A stretch of 64,000 nt of DNA from Amoebophrya sp. A120 (Eukaryota > Protista > Dinoflagellata): NCBI GenBank assembly GCA_905178155.1, contig CAJINV010000003.1, positions 7,336,601-7,400,600 of the forward strand, read 5' to 3'. Made by a program: the position numbers and the translations under genes. Each line of letters opens with the position of its first letter. The stretch's first letter is position 1. The notes under the pieces are model-generated. The model worked only from the letters and a program-made list of their open reading frames with translations. It had not been told where the DNA came from and did not search any database. Shown here piece after piece: positions 22,711 to 34,218 of this stretch.

Positions 22711-25700
22711 CTACAGGAGGCAGCTCACCGTATTCTGAATTTCCGAGACCGGATGCTTCTGCAGGAGGTACTTCCGCCACGATCGTGCCAGGTTCTGCGT
22801 CTTCTCGTTACCGAAAAGAGGACTCGCGGGACCAGTGGCGGACGCGGCGAAAGGCGGCGCTGGTGCCGGCGCGGGTGGTTGGTAAGACTCGTAGCGCCAA
22901 GGATCAAAGACCGGTTGGTCAAACATGTCCTGCAAGGGCGGATCCTTGGAAAACACGCGGTAGTTGGGGGGTGTGTAGCCGCTTGCCTCCTCGTCGGCCA
23001 CGGGCACGTACGAGCCGCCCGGCAGCTGCGAGTCGGGGGACCCGTCAGCGGCCGGTGGTCGGTTGAGAAAATCGGGCTTCGGAGGGTTCTTTATGGTCTC
23101 TGGAGCTACATCGTAGACGAGTTTCGGACCCGTTTTCGGTGAGATTTCCAAAACGGGCTTGTGATCGTCGGTCTTTGTTCGGAGGAGTGTCGAAGGAGAA
23201 GAGGCCTTGTTCGCCACTTCTTCTTCGTTTTCCTCGTCCGCAACCACTTCACCATCTTCAGCTTCATCTTCCTCGACCGCGTCGTCTCCTGCACCTGTAT
23301 TTTTTTGCTTCGCCAGCTTCGGCTCAACCTCTGCCAAAGATGCCGAGGCACCACTTTCCTCTGCACTCGGGGTGACACTCGCACCAGTGGATTCGGCCTC
23401 GGGTGACCCTGTCTGCGAAGGAGGTCCTGCTCTTTGCGCACTAGCAGAATTCGTAGACGACGTACTGCTTGAAGTAGAATCATCATCCCCAGTATTGAAC
23501 GGCCAGAACCTAGAAGTTGTACCCCTGTGATTTCTCCGGAGAATTTGTAAGAAGGCCGGCGCTGCGGGTTCATCGCCAGCGCCGCCGCTCGTCCCAGGCG
23601 CCACACCAGTAGCAGCAACAGCTCCCGGTTCCTCCTCTGATGTTGCGCTGCCTTTTGCCGTCCTCGTGCTGGGCAACAATACGCTGAGCGAGAGCTGCTC
23701 TTCACGTTTTGCCTCTTTGATGTTGTCCATCGTCTTCTTGTGGTGGACTCCTTTTTCGACGCTGTGACGTTTAGGTGCGAAACCGACGGGTATTTCCCCA
23801 TCTGCTCGCTCCGATTCTGCCACTGTCTTCGTACCGCCCCTTTGCACGTCTGGGTCCGTCGTGCTCAGCTGCGTCTGCTTCTCTCCTAATCTTGCAGAAG
23901 GTTTTCTTGCACCCTTCGCTTTTCTGCCGGAAAATTTCTGTAGTCGTGGTGCCAAGGAGGATTTCTCAACAACGCTCGTGGCCCGGTCTGTGCTAACAAG
24001 ACTGGCAGTCTCGTCTTCAGCGTTCCCAGTTGCGTCACCGTCTTCCGCGTCCTGCGATGCTGGAAAGGTAGCCTCGTCGGCTTGTTTTTTCTCCTCTTCG
24101 ATGGCTTTCGCCTTCGCGGCCAATTGGGTAAACTCGTCTGCCACAGTGGCAGCGTCGGACGATGTTGATCCATCCGCCACTGCGGCGGCGTGCTCGTCCG
24201 CGAGCGCCTTCTGATTCTCGAAATCCTGCAGCAGCTCCGTTTTCCTCTTTTCCTCGTCCGCCTTCAGTTTTGCAGCGGCCTTTGCCGCCTCGTCCGCCTT
24301 TCCGCGCAGGGCTTCGAGCTTTTCTTTTGCGGCCTGCACTTCGGCCTCCGCGAGTTTCACGTCTTCCTGCGCACTTTCGGCATCCGCTGCCTCCGCCAAC
24401 CTTTCCACATTTAGTGCCACCTCCTTGCCACTGCTTTTCGCACCTGCAGTTCCTGTTCCGTTGGTCGTTGCATTATTCATCTTCGCAGGTGCGCCAGAAC
24501 CGGGCTTGGCCGAGGTCATGTTTCCAACCGCGTAGGGTGCGTAGTTTCGGTGGTTCAGAGGTCCGTACGCCATCAGCTGGCGCCAGGCCTGCGCGAGCTG
24601 CTGGGACCGCTTCCCGAACGAAGCTTCCGCCTGCGACCGCTCTTGCAGCACGGCGTGCAGCTGCTGTTGGGCGTGCATCAGTTCGTAGCTCAGCTTTTCG
24701 TCCAGATCCCGCAGCGCGTTCGCCTTGTCCGTTATCGACGCCTGGAACACGCCCGCCACATAATCGCCGTCCCCGCCGGGGGGGCTGCTGCTCCCGGAGG
24801 CCTTCTGCTCGCGCGGAGCGTTGCTGAAGTGATCACGGTAGTCCATTTTTTCCCCGGCCTTGCCGTAGTGGTACTGCTGGCGCTCCAGAGCCTGCTTGTA
24901 CAGGTTTGGCGACGCCGGGGGTCCGCCCGTGGGAGGGCCTTGCTGGTAATGCTGGTACTGGTCCCCCTTCCAGTACTCCGGGTAATTGTCGGAGCTGAGC
25001 TCCGGGTTGGGGTCATCGAAATCGCGCCCGACGCGGAAGATTCGGGAACTCTTCTTGTACTTGTCCGGATTCTTGTAAGTCGTGTAGGAGGGCTTCTCCG
25101 CGACGATGTTGGTTCGCCCGTCTGTCACCGTGGTGTGGCAGTCCTTGCCCACACAGTGCTCGAACGCCTTCGCGCCGTACTTGGTCGTGGTCGTGCCTCC
25201 GCCTCTCGCGCAGTCCTCAACGGGGCACGTCTGCATGCACGACTTTTCGCAATTTCCGCAGCCATGGTTTTTCAAGCAGCACTCGTGCCAGCAATTGCGG
25301 TAACACACAAACACGTTGTCGTAGGGGTTCATCTTGGTCTTGCCACCACCTCCACCGTCTTCCTCTCCACAGCTAGCCTTTATTCTCGCCAACTGCCGCT
25401 CCAAATCCTGAATCCGGGCCTGCTGCTGCGGAGATGAAGCTCCCCCTCCCGGTGGTCCATCTCCGGGATAGTTGTACATGGCGCCATCCGCTCGGTCCCC
25501 CCCGTATTGCCGGTAGTTTTTGAAAATCTCCTCCTGCCGGGCGCCCCCGTCCTTCGGGCCAAACGAGCCGGAGGCGGAGAAGCTTCGCGTCCACCACGCG
25601 TTGGGATCCGGCTTGGGGGCCTTGCAGCTGTTGGAGGTCGGGGGCGGCAGGTCGTCGCTGTATCAAAAGCAAAAATCCCCCCTCCCCATATCGAACAGGT

Positions 25701-26510
25701 ATGTTTTCGAAAATTTGCATTGCTGATTTGAGGTCGCAAATCACATTTGTATTGCAAGAAGACAAGGGCAGAAGCTTCCGCCCCACTATGGAAGCGATTT
25801 GTCATGCTGTTGGCCCTAAAAGGGATCCGTTTGCCATGCTGAACAACTAGACCCTTACGCCCCTACCTAGCCTGGGGATCTGGCGCTGGCCGCAGTGCCT
25901 CTCTGCAATACAAACCTGATTTGTGTACACAAATCCAGCATCAGAAATTCCGTTTTGATATGGGGAGGGGGGATTTTTCCTTTCGATACGCTGGGCCGCT
26001 TGGTCACCACCAGGGAGATCAGCGTTTCGTCGTCCATGCTTTGGATGTCCTTGTCGCTGAGAAACTTGGTGTTGATTTCCCGCGTATGCATTGCAAAAGT
26101 ATCGCAATAGCCTAAATTGCATCACAAACTTTTTCAAAGAGAAAAATGCAATGTGTAATGCTGCTTTACCTTAGGAGGAAGATTTGTCACGCATGTTTGC
26201 AACTAGTACGAGTACGATACTTTTGCACAGCATACCGCGGGCTGATCTCGGCCAGCGCGTGCGGTTGCTGCGCTGAACCCCCGTCGGGCTGCTGCTGCGA
26301 ACCTGCGGGAAAGGGCGAATACTTCATGAAATCCTCTTCCACCGGGCACCCGCAGCCCTTCGGCGGGCAGAACGAAAAACTCCCGCACCGGCTGAAGTCG
26401 GCGCAGCTGCCAACGTAGCTCTCGCACCCGGTCGCCATCTCCTTTGACAGCAATTTGCTGACGTCCTCGAACAACTCTCCCGTCAACGGAAAGGTGGTCA
26501 TCTCGATCTT
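22711..26510 (-). CDS. Large hypothetical protein (Cys-rich patches, coiled coil, low-complexity tail); may be the C-terminal part of the GT31-like gene
   Basis: The 922-aa ORF 22711..25479 extends upstream in frame to ~25655. Removing elements 25661-25988 and 26085-26234, each with one 5-bp repeat, gives ...EISPR|EINTKFL...KRPS|DDLPPPTS... in frame. Confidence 0.7.
25661..25988. mobile_element. Introner-like element (non-canonical intron), 5-bp duplication CAGCG (sense), long TIRs
   Basis: TIR TATC(A/G)AAAG(C/G)AAAAATCCCCCCTCCCCATATC is 30/32 identical and continues imperfectly for ~100 bp. CGCTG occurs at 25656-60 and 25989-93. Excision restores the frame. Confidence 0.9.
26085..26234. mobile_element. 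Introner-like element, family A (TIR TATGCATTGCAAAAGTATCG), duplication CCGCG
   Basis: 20-bp TIR with 2 mismatches. CCGCG occurs at 26080-84 and 26235-39. Excision restores the frame. Confidence 0.9.
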
Positions 26511-26714
26511 ACCGATGCGCCTATGCGACTAAAAAATGCTACCGTATAGCCAAACTTTCTCGCGTGCCGTCATGTCGATCTGTAAGTCGTCTATCCTATA
26601 TCTACAACGACCTCACTCGGTCGTGTGCGTGTGCCTCCCCCCCGAGATGCAAACTGACATAATATTTCATGATGAAGTACGCAACATATATTCGTTTGTC
26701 ACCTGCTCGCTCCC

Positions 26715-28963
26715 TCAGGACCACAGGCAGTCCCAGCAAATAAAATGCAGGAGCTGCACTCCGAGTTTGACTTGAGGCAAAAACTTTAGTGTTGAGTACT
26801 GCGTCGCCCAGCTGAATTCCCTCGGAGCGTGGTACATCCATAGAAAGAGCAGCGAGTTGCCCCGTTGCAACTGGCTTTTCTGCGGGCCGCTGAAGTCACT
26901 CTCCTCTCCGGCGGTCTGAGCGGTCGCGTTGCTTGCGTCAGTAGCATTCGTGCTCGAGCTCGGCTGCGTTGGTTCATCACCGTCATCCCGACGCGCTGTG
27001 TCCGCAGTGCCGTCACGAAAATGTTGTAGTTTGTTCGCAAGACTTGCTTGCTCGCGCTCCTCCTGATTCGCGGTCTTCTTCTTGCTTGCTCTCGTGCCGC
27101 CACGGTGCATCTTAGTCTCAATAGTCTTTGCCCGTTTCGTCTTGGCGCTCCTTCTCCCTCGTGTCATCTCCTTTTGGTGCACTTGCAAAAACGTGGCAGT
27201 CGTCGATGCAACGCCCAGGGTATGAAAACGGAGAACGCCCCCGCTACCACAAAACAGCAAAGAAACGAAAGAACGAAGGGCTTGCAGCGCTGAGGCCACA
27301 GCAACCTAATAAGCGCAAAGATAAAGATGAGAACAAACGCACAATTAGTATTTTGCGCGCAGCGCGGCTGTAGTATGGGCAAGATCTATCCATTGTACCA
27401 AAACAGCATGCTGCCGGGCGGCCGAAATTCTGCGACACGAATACCAAAAGACGTCGCGCAGGCGCACACACAGTTCCGGTTCCCCATTCCCGGAGCATAC
27501 ATGAACAGCACCTTTCGTTTTTACAAACTTTTATTAATTTTATATCTTTTATTTTCTTGTATGAAAAAATGCTAAATTTTCGCGCTTCTAGGAGCAGAGC
27601 ACTTCTCGCATCAATACAGAATCCCGGTGCTGTTGCTCGCTTGTCCGCCGGGTGCCAATTCGATGCCGTCCAGCGACAGCTTCACGACGTCTGTTCCTTT
27701 GGCGAGGTCTGCCGCGGAGATCACCGAGCTGCCAGAAACAACGAACACAACGAAAACCTGTATCCTTCGCAAACACGCTAGGCTCACGCTCTTCTTATAT
27801 TTTTCAGTGCAGTCGTGGGCCCTCGCTCCAGGCCAAAGGAAAAATAAAGCACAGCTTTATCATGCATAGTGTTGCTGAAGGGGAACCGAAGCAATCACAA
27901 GCACGAGAAACTTCGGAATAATCTGACCTAGCGATTTTCTGCAACGGATACCATCACATGCGTCACTTTCTCCGTCGGGGTAATCGTTTAAGAGGCAAAC
28001 ACCTGTCGTAGATTTTTCATGTGCATCCAAGAATATTAATTTCTCCTCGGTTCGTCGTTTTATCATCTTGCTTCGAAATTATTCGAGAACGAAGAACTTG
28101 ACAATTGAGAAAGCCGGTTCAGAAGTAGAAGTACTAGACGAAAAACGTCGGCACTACCAACCTTCTTGCTTCATCCACGTGTCGCGCAGTACCGCCCGAC
28201 GCGCCTGGTCTTGATTCGGTTCCGTGAAGATTCCCAGGATGATTTTGGCCGATTCTGCAGCCTTTGCGCGAAAGTCCACCGTGCTCTTCCCCGCGTATTT
28301 CCTCGTTAATTCGTGCCAGGCTTCGTCGAAAGCCGGGAGCGAGTCTGCGTCTGAGGGCTCGTCGCCCCGACGATTGCCACTCTGGATGAGATTCAAGTGG
28401 TGCGAATCCACATCTTCGCGCTCATCCACCCAAGCCCCGGTTTGGTCATCTTGTTCCGGGGAAGATATTCTAACACTCCTCGCTTCCACAACCTCGGCTG
28501 CTTTTGGGCCACCACCTCCACGACCTTGTTCTCCTTCATCTACTTCTACTTCGCCAGCTACCTTTTCGTCAACCCGCCGAAGTAGAGCGGCGTCTTTGAT
28601 TTCGCTGCTCGTCCTAGAGGAGGACCCAAAAGCATTTGCTGCGCTGCTTGTCTTCACACGCGTTTCGCGTTCGGCACTTGTATCCTCATTGGCGGTGCCG
28701 GATATGGCCTGATTAACAACGGCACCTCTGCTCCTAATCTTGTGTCTTGCAACTGAGGCCGCCCTGCTGGAAGACGCTCGCAGCGCCAGCGTTCGATCCG
28801 GAAGTAAAAGTATCAAGACGGCAGCAAATGGAACGAAGGTAAAAAGCCGAAACCCGTCCGCAAACGATGGCATCATTTTTTTGGTAGCAGCCCGCGCCGA
28901 TGAAGATTCAGACGGAATCCCAGGCCGTCGCAGGCCGCCGAGGCTCCGTCGTTCTACCATCAC
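26715..28963 (-). CDS. Putative GT31 (galactosyltransferase-like) glycosyltransferase, multi-exon
   Basis: N-terminal TM/signal segment; IILGIFTEPNQDQARRAVLRDTWMKQ (RR..IR.TW-type motif); FVVFVVSG exon; LFLWMYHAPREFSWATQY exon. The exon chain is only partly resolved. Confidence 0.45.
27761..27950. mobile_element. Decayed introner-like element (TATCC...GGATA)
   Basis: Ends are TATCCTTCGCAAA and, reverse-complemented, TATCCGTTGCAGA. Removing the element plus 5 bp gives DG|FVVFVVSG. Confidence 0.55.
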
Positions 28964-29739
28964 ACAGTAACGCCATGCGCCATTACTTTCACGGGTTTTT
29001 TTTCACATGTGCCTTATTTTTTACCGAAGCTACGACGGAGCTGAGATCTATTAATTTGCCATTGTACATATAAAATCGTGCCTCTTCAACACTCGGATTC
29101 TCGACATTCAGCCGAGCATCAGCTACTGCAGCAGTACTTTGTATGTCACGCATGCACAAGCACTGCAGCCGCTGCCCAACTCGATACGGTCCCACTCAGG
29201 CAATCGGAGCTGCTGGAACCTTTGGGAAAACAAGGGCAAGCGCAAAGCGAATGTCACAGCAGTCGTAGTGAGAGTGCAGTACTTCACTCACTGGCCAGGT
29301 CACAATGAATTCGCGTGGCACGCGGTGCAGCACCTGCTGGGAACACAAATCTCCGTGTCTAGTACTAAAGTTGAAAAAGAAACACCGCAGCGAGCCGAGC
29401 TGTACAAAGTACATAACATCAAAGCCAGGTTGATTGCTGTTGTACTCATTTTCTGTCAAGTATTAAGTTGTCAGCGACAAAAATTCCGGTAAAAGCATCC
29501 CGTAGAGAGACAAGGACAACGCGCACTCAACAGACCGTCATAGTTTAGGAGTTTACTTTTGCTTCATTTTGAAACTGGTGCTATCATAAAAACTCCAGCG
29601 GCAACGCAAGAGTAAGTCAACGTAGCGACAGCGCAAAATGAAAATGTGTTGTGCGAGGGCTCACCCTGGTCCTGCTGCGTGCGGTATTTGCGCACTGTTC
29701 CTCCTTGACAACGAACTGGAGCTGGTGCGTCATATGTAC

Positions 29740-31406
29740 TTACTTCCCTTTGACTTCCGCGCCCTCCTTCATTTCCGGGAGATACGATATGACAGCAATG
29801 CCGATCAGGTTCAGCATGGCGCCCCCGAGCGTCCCGGCAGCGGAACTGTAGGAGAACCTAAGGTACTCCTGGAAGAAGGTGACACCAATAAGCATCTGGA
29901 GTACCAGGCCTAGATCGTATCGTGAGAAAAAAGTGCTTCATTGCAATGATTTCCGAAGTTTATTGCTGATCTTCATTTGGCCTCGAGGCGAACCTTAATT
30001 TTTTGTCATTTTCAGCTGACAACAAAAAATAAATTGCTCTTCTGTAGAAATCGTCACAGTGAAGCAGTTTTTTCTGACGATAGACCGCAATCAAGCGTAA
30101 TAGTGGTGGTCGAGGCAAAATACTTCATGCTCAAGGACACCGTCATGGTTGCCAGGATTGCGCAACTGATGACCAGCCCCGTGAGAAACAGCAGCAAGAT
30201 AACCGACGCCGGCAGATTCCAGGCCGCGCCCAGGTTCGGCCTCCCCTCGCTGAAGGCCACCTGCTCGTACCTCAATAAGCCAAAGAGGCATTTGCTGAAG
30301 ACGACGCTCAATGCCCCGCAGGCACAGGACAGCACCATCAGTGGCAGTTGGCGAAGGTTGGTGGTTCTCTTCAACAAGTGCGGCGCCGCATCCTCAGCAT
30401 GTTGCCCCGGTTCCGTTCCGCATTCGTTGGCACGATTCATCTTTTCATGCCCCGCATCGTGCCCAACCTCTGTCCCCGTGTGCGACTGCTGATACTCGTT
30501 GTTTGCATTGCAAGCTCCTGGCGATTGCTCATCGACAAGGGTCCTACCTGGCGAGTGCGGCCGCTTTCCGTTCGAATCGTCCTCGCTGCACGAAGACCCA
30601 GATGCAAAGTCGCGCAGGGAGCTTGCTTCGATACGCGTCATGCTCGCACTTCCAGGTGCCAGCGTACTGGTTGTTGAGGTAGAAACACTCCTCATCTTTT
30701 GCGACGTCGGCACGGAACCGTAACAAGTGAGCGTGGTCGTTGCCTTGGTTGCAGATTCGTCAGCGGCTCGTCTCTCCTCCCCCGATAATTCCTGCCTGCG
30801 CTGCGAGTCTGGTCCGGGTTGTTCTTTGTGTCGCGGAGAAGTTCTGACAGATCCCGGCTGCGAGCAGCTTCTACCAGTCAGCAACGCATTTTTTTCAACT
30901 CTCCCGGAAGTAGATACAACATCAACCGACCTGGTGCTGAAGAGCCAGGGCAGGATGTACTCGCGGTAAATGGTCCGTCCCTCCGGCCACACCAGCACGA
31001 GCACGGTCCCCAGCACGCAGAGAAACAGCGGGCTGGTGAACTTGTGCGCAATGGCGACCGGGCCCATGTCCCTCACGTTTTCTTCCTGGCGGCGGCCGCA
31101 CAGCACCCCGACCAGACAACCGCAGAAAATCAAAAGCCCGCTAACGACGTGCAACCGCGTAAAGTGTTCCCCTAGCAGCAGTGGTGACAAAAAGCTGGAG
31201 ATCACCAGGGACGACGGCAGAAGACATGCCAGCAGCGAAATTGGGGCCAGGACAAGGGCAACGGGCATCAAAAGCTGACCGATCACCCACAGCGCCATAC
31301 CGAAATACCAAATCCAGGGCCTCGCCCGCAACAGCGACAGCTTCTGGCAGATCAGCCCCAGGGTGCAGAGAAACGACGAAGCGATCGACAAAACCACACC
31401 GCACAA
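29740..31406 (-). CDS. NIPA-family Mg2+ transporter / DMT superfamily membrane protein
   Basis: GVVLSIASSFLCTLGLICQK...WIWYFGMALWVIGQLL...ALVLAPISLLACL...LLLGE. The last exon 29740-29912 (GLVLQMLIGVTFFQEY...GK*) is joined after removal of element 29918-30082. Upstream exons are probable. Confidence 0.8.
29918..30082. mobile_element. Introner-like element, duplication CGGTC/CGATC (sense)
   Basis: ~36-bp TIR TATCGT(G/C)AGAAAAAA(G/C)TGCTTCA(T/C)TG. Excision gives TLDCG|LGLVLQ in frame. Confidence 0.88.
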
Positions 31407-32041
31407 CCAGGGATATCAAATGTAATAAACACGTCCGGGCTCTGCCAAATGAAAAGAATATAGAAGCATCATATGACTTTATTTATATATTTGTTCGGAA
31501 GAATTTCTAGATCGGCCTTCACGTGAGTATTCCTCAAAGAAAATCTTCAGAGGAAGAGCTCCATGTTGACGATGCTCGTCGCATATAAGCATATTCACAT
31601 GCCTGTCAAGTACTTTTATCAGCACAGAGACCAGAGCTGCAAAGAAATACTACGGAGTTCTGCGCAAAAACGGCTCGAGTGATAGTCCTCAGCATTGCCT
31701 TTTTTCACGAGCATGCCCAGACTGCAAATTAACGAAGCATAGGTGCCACGAGGTGGTGGTTGCAGAATCAGTGCCGCGCGTTATGGGAGTGTACGATTCC
31801 CCCACCGTCTCATTTGGAAGGGAGGACTAGCAAGTAAGAAGAAGTTTAGCAGGAAAAGAAATGCTTGCACGCTCTGCATTGCAAGTCTGCGCTTGCGCAT
31901 GGATCTTAGTACTATTCTGAATGCTGCAAATGCACTTTTTCAACATAACACGCGAGATAGTGCTAAGTACAAGGCAACGGCAGGCAGAGGAGTTGCGTTT
32001 GTCCATGACAAATGAGGCGGAGGGGCAGTTCTTCGTGTGCA

Positions 32042-33112
32042 CTCACTTTCATAACTTCCATGCTCGTTGGTCCCGGAGAAAGTGGTACCGCCTGCACGGG
32101 CCTGCTGGTTGCCGACTGCTCGTCATCTGGCTCGTGTAGGCGCGCCTTGGCTTTGCTTAGGTTTACTCTCCTTTACATTGCAAAAGTATCGTTTTCGTTT
32201 TTATCGTAATCCTCGTAGTCGTATTGCATTAGTAGAAATCGCATGACAAATGTTTGCAAATAGAAAAATCATGCAGATTCAAATAAGAGAGCGAACCCCA
32301 ACCCGTCGTGTAGTATTGCGATTAGAACGACGAGTGCGATACTTTCGCAGTGGATATCTCCTTTCTCGCAGCAAAAGGTCGGATTTCAGGAGATCCGGTG
32401 CTCGTTCGTGTGCCGGAGCCGCGATCCGAGAGGACGACAGAGCCGAGGACCAGTCCGCTGGCGTAAATTGTCGGTCTTGCCCAAAGTCCTGGGTGAAACG
32501 CAGGTCCCTCTGACCTTTTGAACCTCTCGTCCCCACCATGCTGCCCTCTCCGTCACCAACGCCGGTGGCTTCATGATGCCCGTGGGCAGGCCCCTGTTCA
32601 CCTTGGGCAAAGGTAGACACCAAGGTGGACGTGGCACCACCCGGCAAAAAACGACCTCCTCGACTGGTGCCGCCGCCGCGTGCAGAAACAAATTCTTCGC
32701 TAGTACGTTGATCATCGTTTCGCAAATCACCTTCACCTCCAGGGACTTGGCCTTCAGGTTCATGTTCATTATCAATGACACTCACAATACGGCGAGTTGC
32801 GCCTCCATTCTTGGTACCGCCCACCCTCCCCCCGCCGCTTGCGGCACTGGGCCTCACGTCGTCATCTGTTTCCACATGTCCGCCGCGATCGGCCTCGTCG
32901 GCATCACCGATGTTTACTGTAGTAGCAGGCGCAACAATTGCCCCGCTATTTGCTATCCGGATCTCCTCATGGCAAGGGCAACCCCATGACGATAGCAAAG
33001 TAAAGAAAAAATACTCGATCACGCCTCTGCCAAAAGAAGAAAGCAGGCCTCGCCGTCGGATTGATCTAATACCAATTTTCATTTTGATTTTCATTTCACA
33101 GAAAATAAACAC
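32042..33112 (-). CDS. Hypothetical coding exons (possibly the N-terminal part of the NIPA gene)
   Basis: ORF 32279..33112. After removal of element 32172-32356 the frame continues RR|VNLSKAKARLHE...MEVMK to a GTGAGT donor-like site near 32042. Confidence 0.5.
32172..32356. mobile_element. Introner-like element, family A, duplication TCTCC
   Basis: TTTACATTGCAAAAGTATCG / rc TATCCACTGCGAAAGTATCG. TCTCC occurs at 32167-71 and 32357-61. Confidence 0.85.
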
Positions 33113-34218
33113 TTACAATCGAGCTGCCCTGCGAAAGCTTACTTCAAGAAAACAACAATATCTTCGACAGAGAGAAACACATCCATGCGCCTATGGAGCG
33201 TAAAAATGAGAATGAGGTTCTTGTCTTTTACTGTATATGCCCTGTTTGTTCCGGAGGGACAGAGAGACAAAAAGATTTGCCGTTCGCCTCAAAATCTGCA
33301 CGTGTTTTTACGAGCCCCGATATACATGGCTCGTGCACACTAAACACGTACCGGATAGAGTCCTCGACGCTGCTGACAATCAATACTAAATCGACACGAG
33401 GATGAGAGATGTGCTACGACAAGGAAGATTCCCTTGTGGTTGCGGTCGTCCATTTGCCCGAATCATTTTCACGATTTTTGTACCAATACTGCACCGATTT
33501 TCGTACTAGAAAGTTCGTTCGCAGTGGAGCATCGATGTAAAACGGACAGATGAGTATAGGCGCGTCTGGCGAGGGCGAACCGATATCGAAATAGTTTCGA
33601 GCACGAAGAAATGAAAACCGACACAAAAGGGTGAGTTAAATGCATACCAAACCGATGCACGGCTATTTTAGATGGGTAACGCAAGCATCAGTTAAAGAAT
33701 TTGTGCAATTTTTTGCTTTTGTAGCTTTAGCGGAAGTCAAACTTGTATTTTTTGGTACAAAGCAAGCGCGAAACAAAGTTTCACGGTTGTCTCGGACAGT
33801 TCATTCTACTGCATGAATTCAATGATATCGACGCGGTGCATTTACAAGTATGATTGCGACAGAGCGCACGTCGTTGGCGTGTTCTCCTATTTGCATTTGA
33901 TATCATAAAGTACTGAATTTTCGATCCGACTGCGATCAAAAAACGTACTGCGCCATACAAAGACATGTGTCAAAGTCAGACGTGTCCTCATTAAGTTCAA
34001 TAAATTCCAGGGCTAGAGATTCGGTACTTACGGTGAAATTCTTTCCAGTTCTTCTTCTTATTGCTTTTTTATATGAGTGAATGAGAAATTTCCATCGGAC
34101 TAGTGAAGTCGGGTGAAGGCGAAGGGCGCAGGGCGCTCCCGCAAAAATACAAGTATAGGAAACATCTTTGCCGGGGCATCACCAGCGACGCTCTACCGGA
34201 GGCAGCAAAGCTCCTTGT

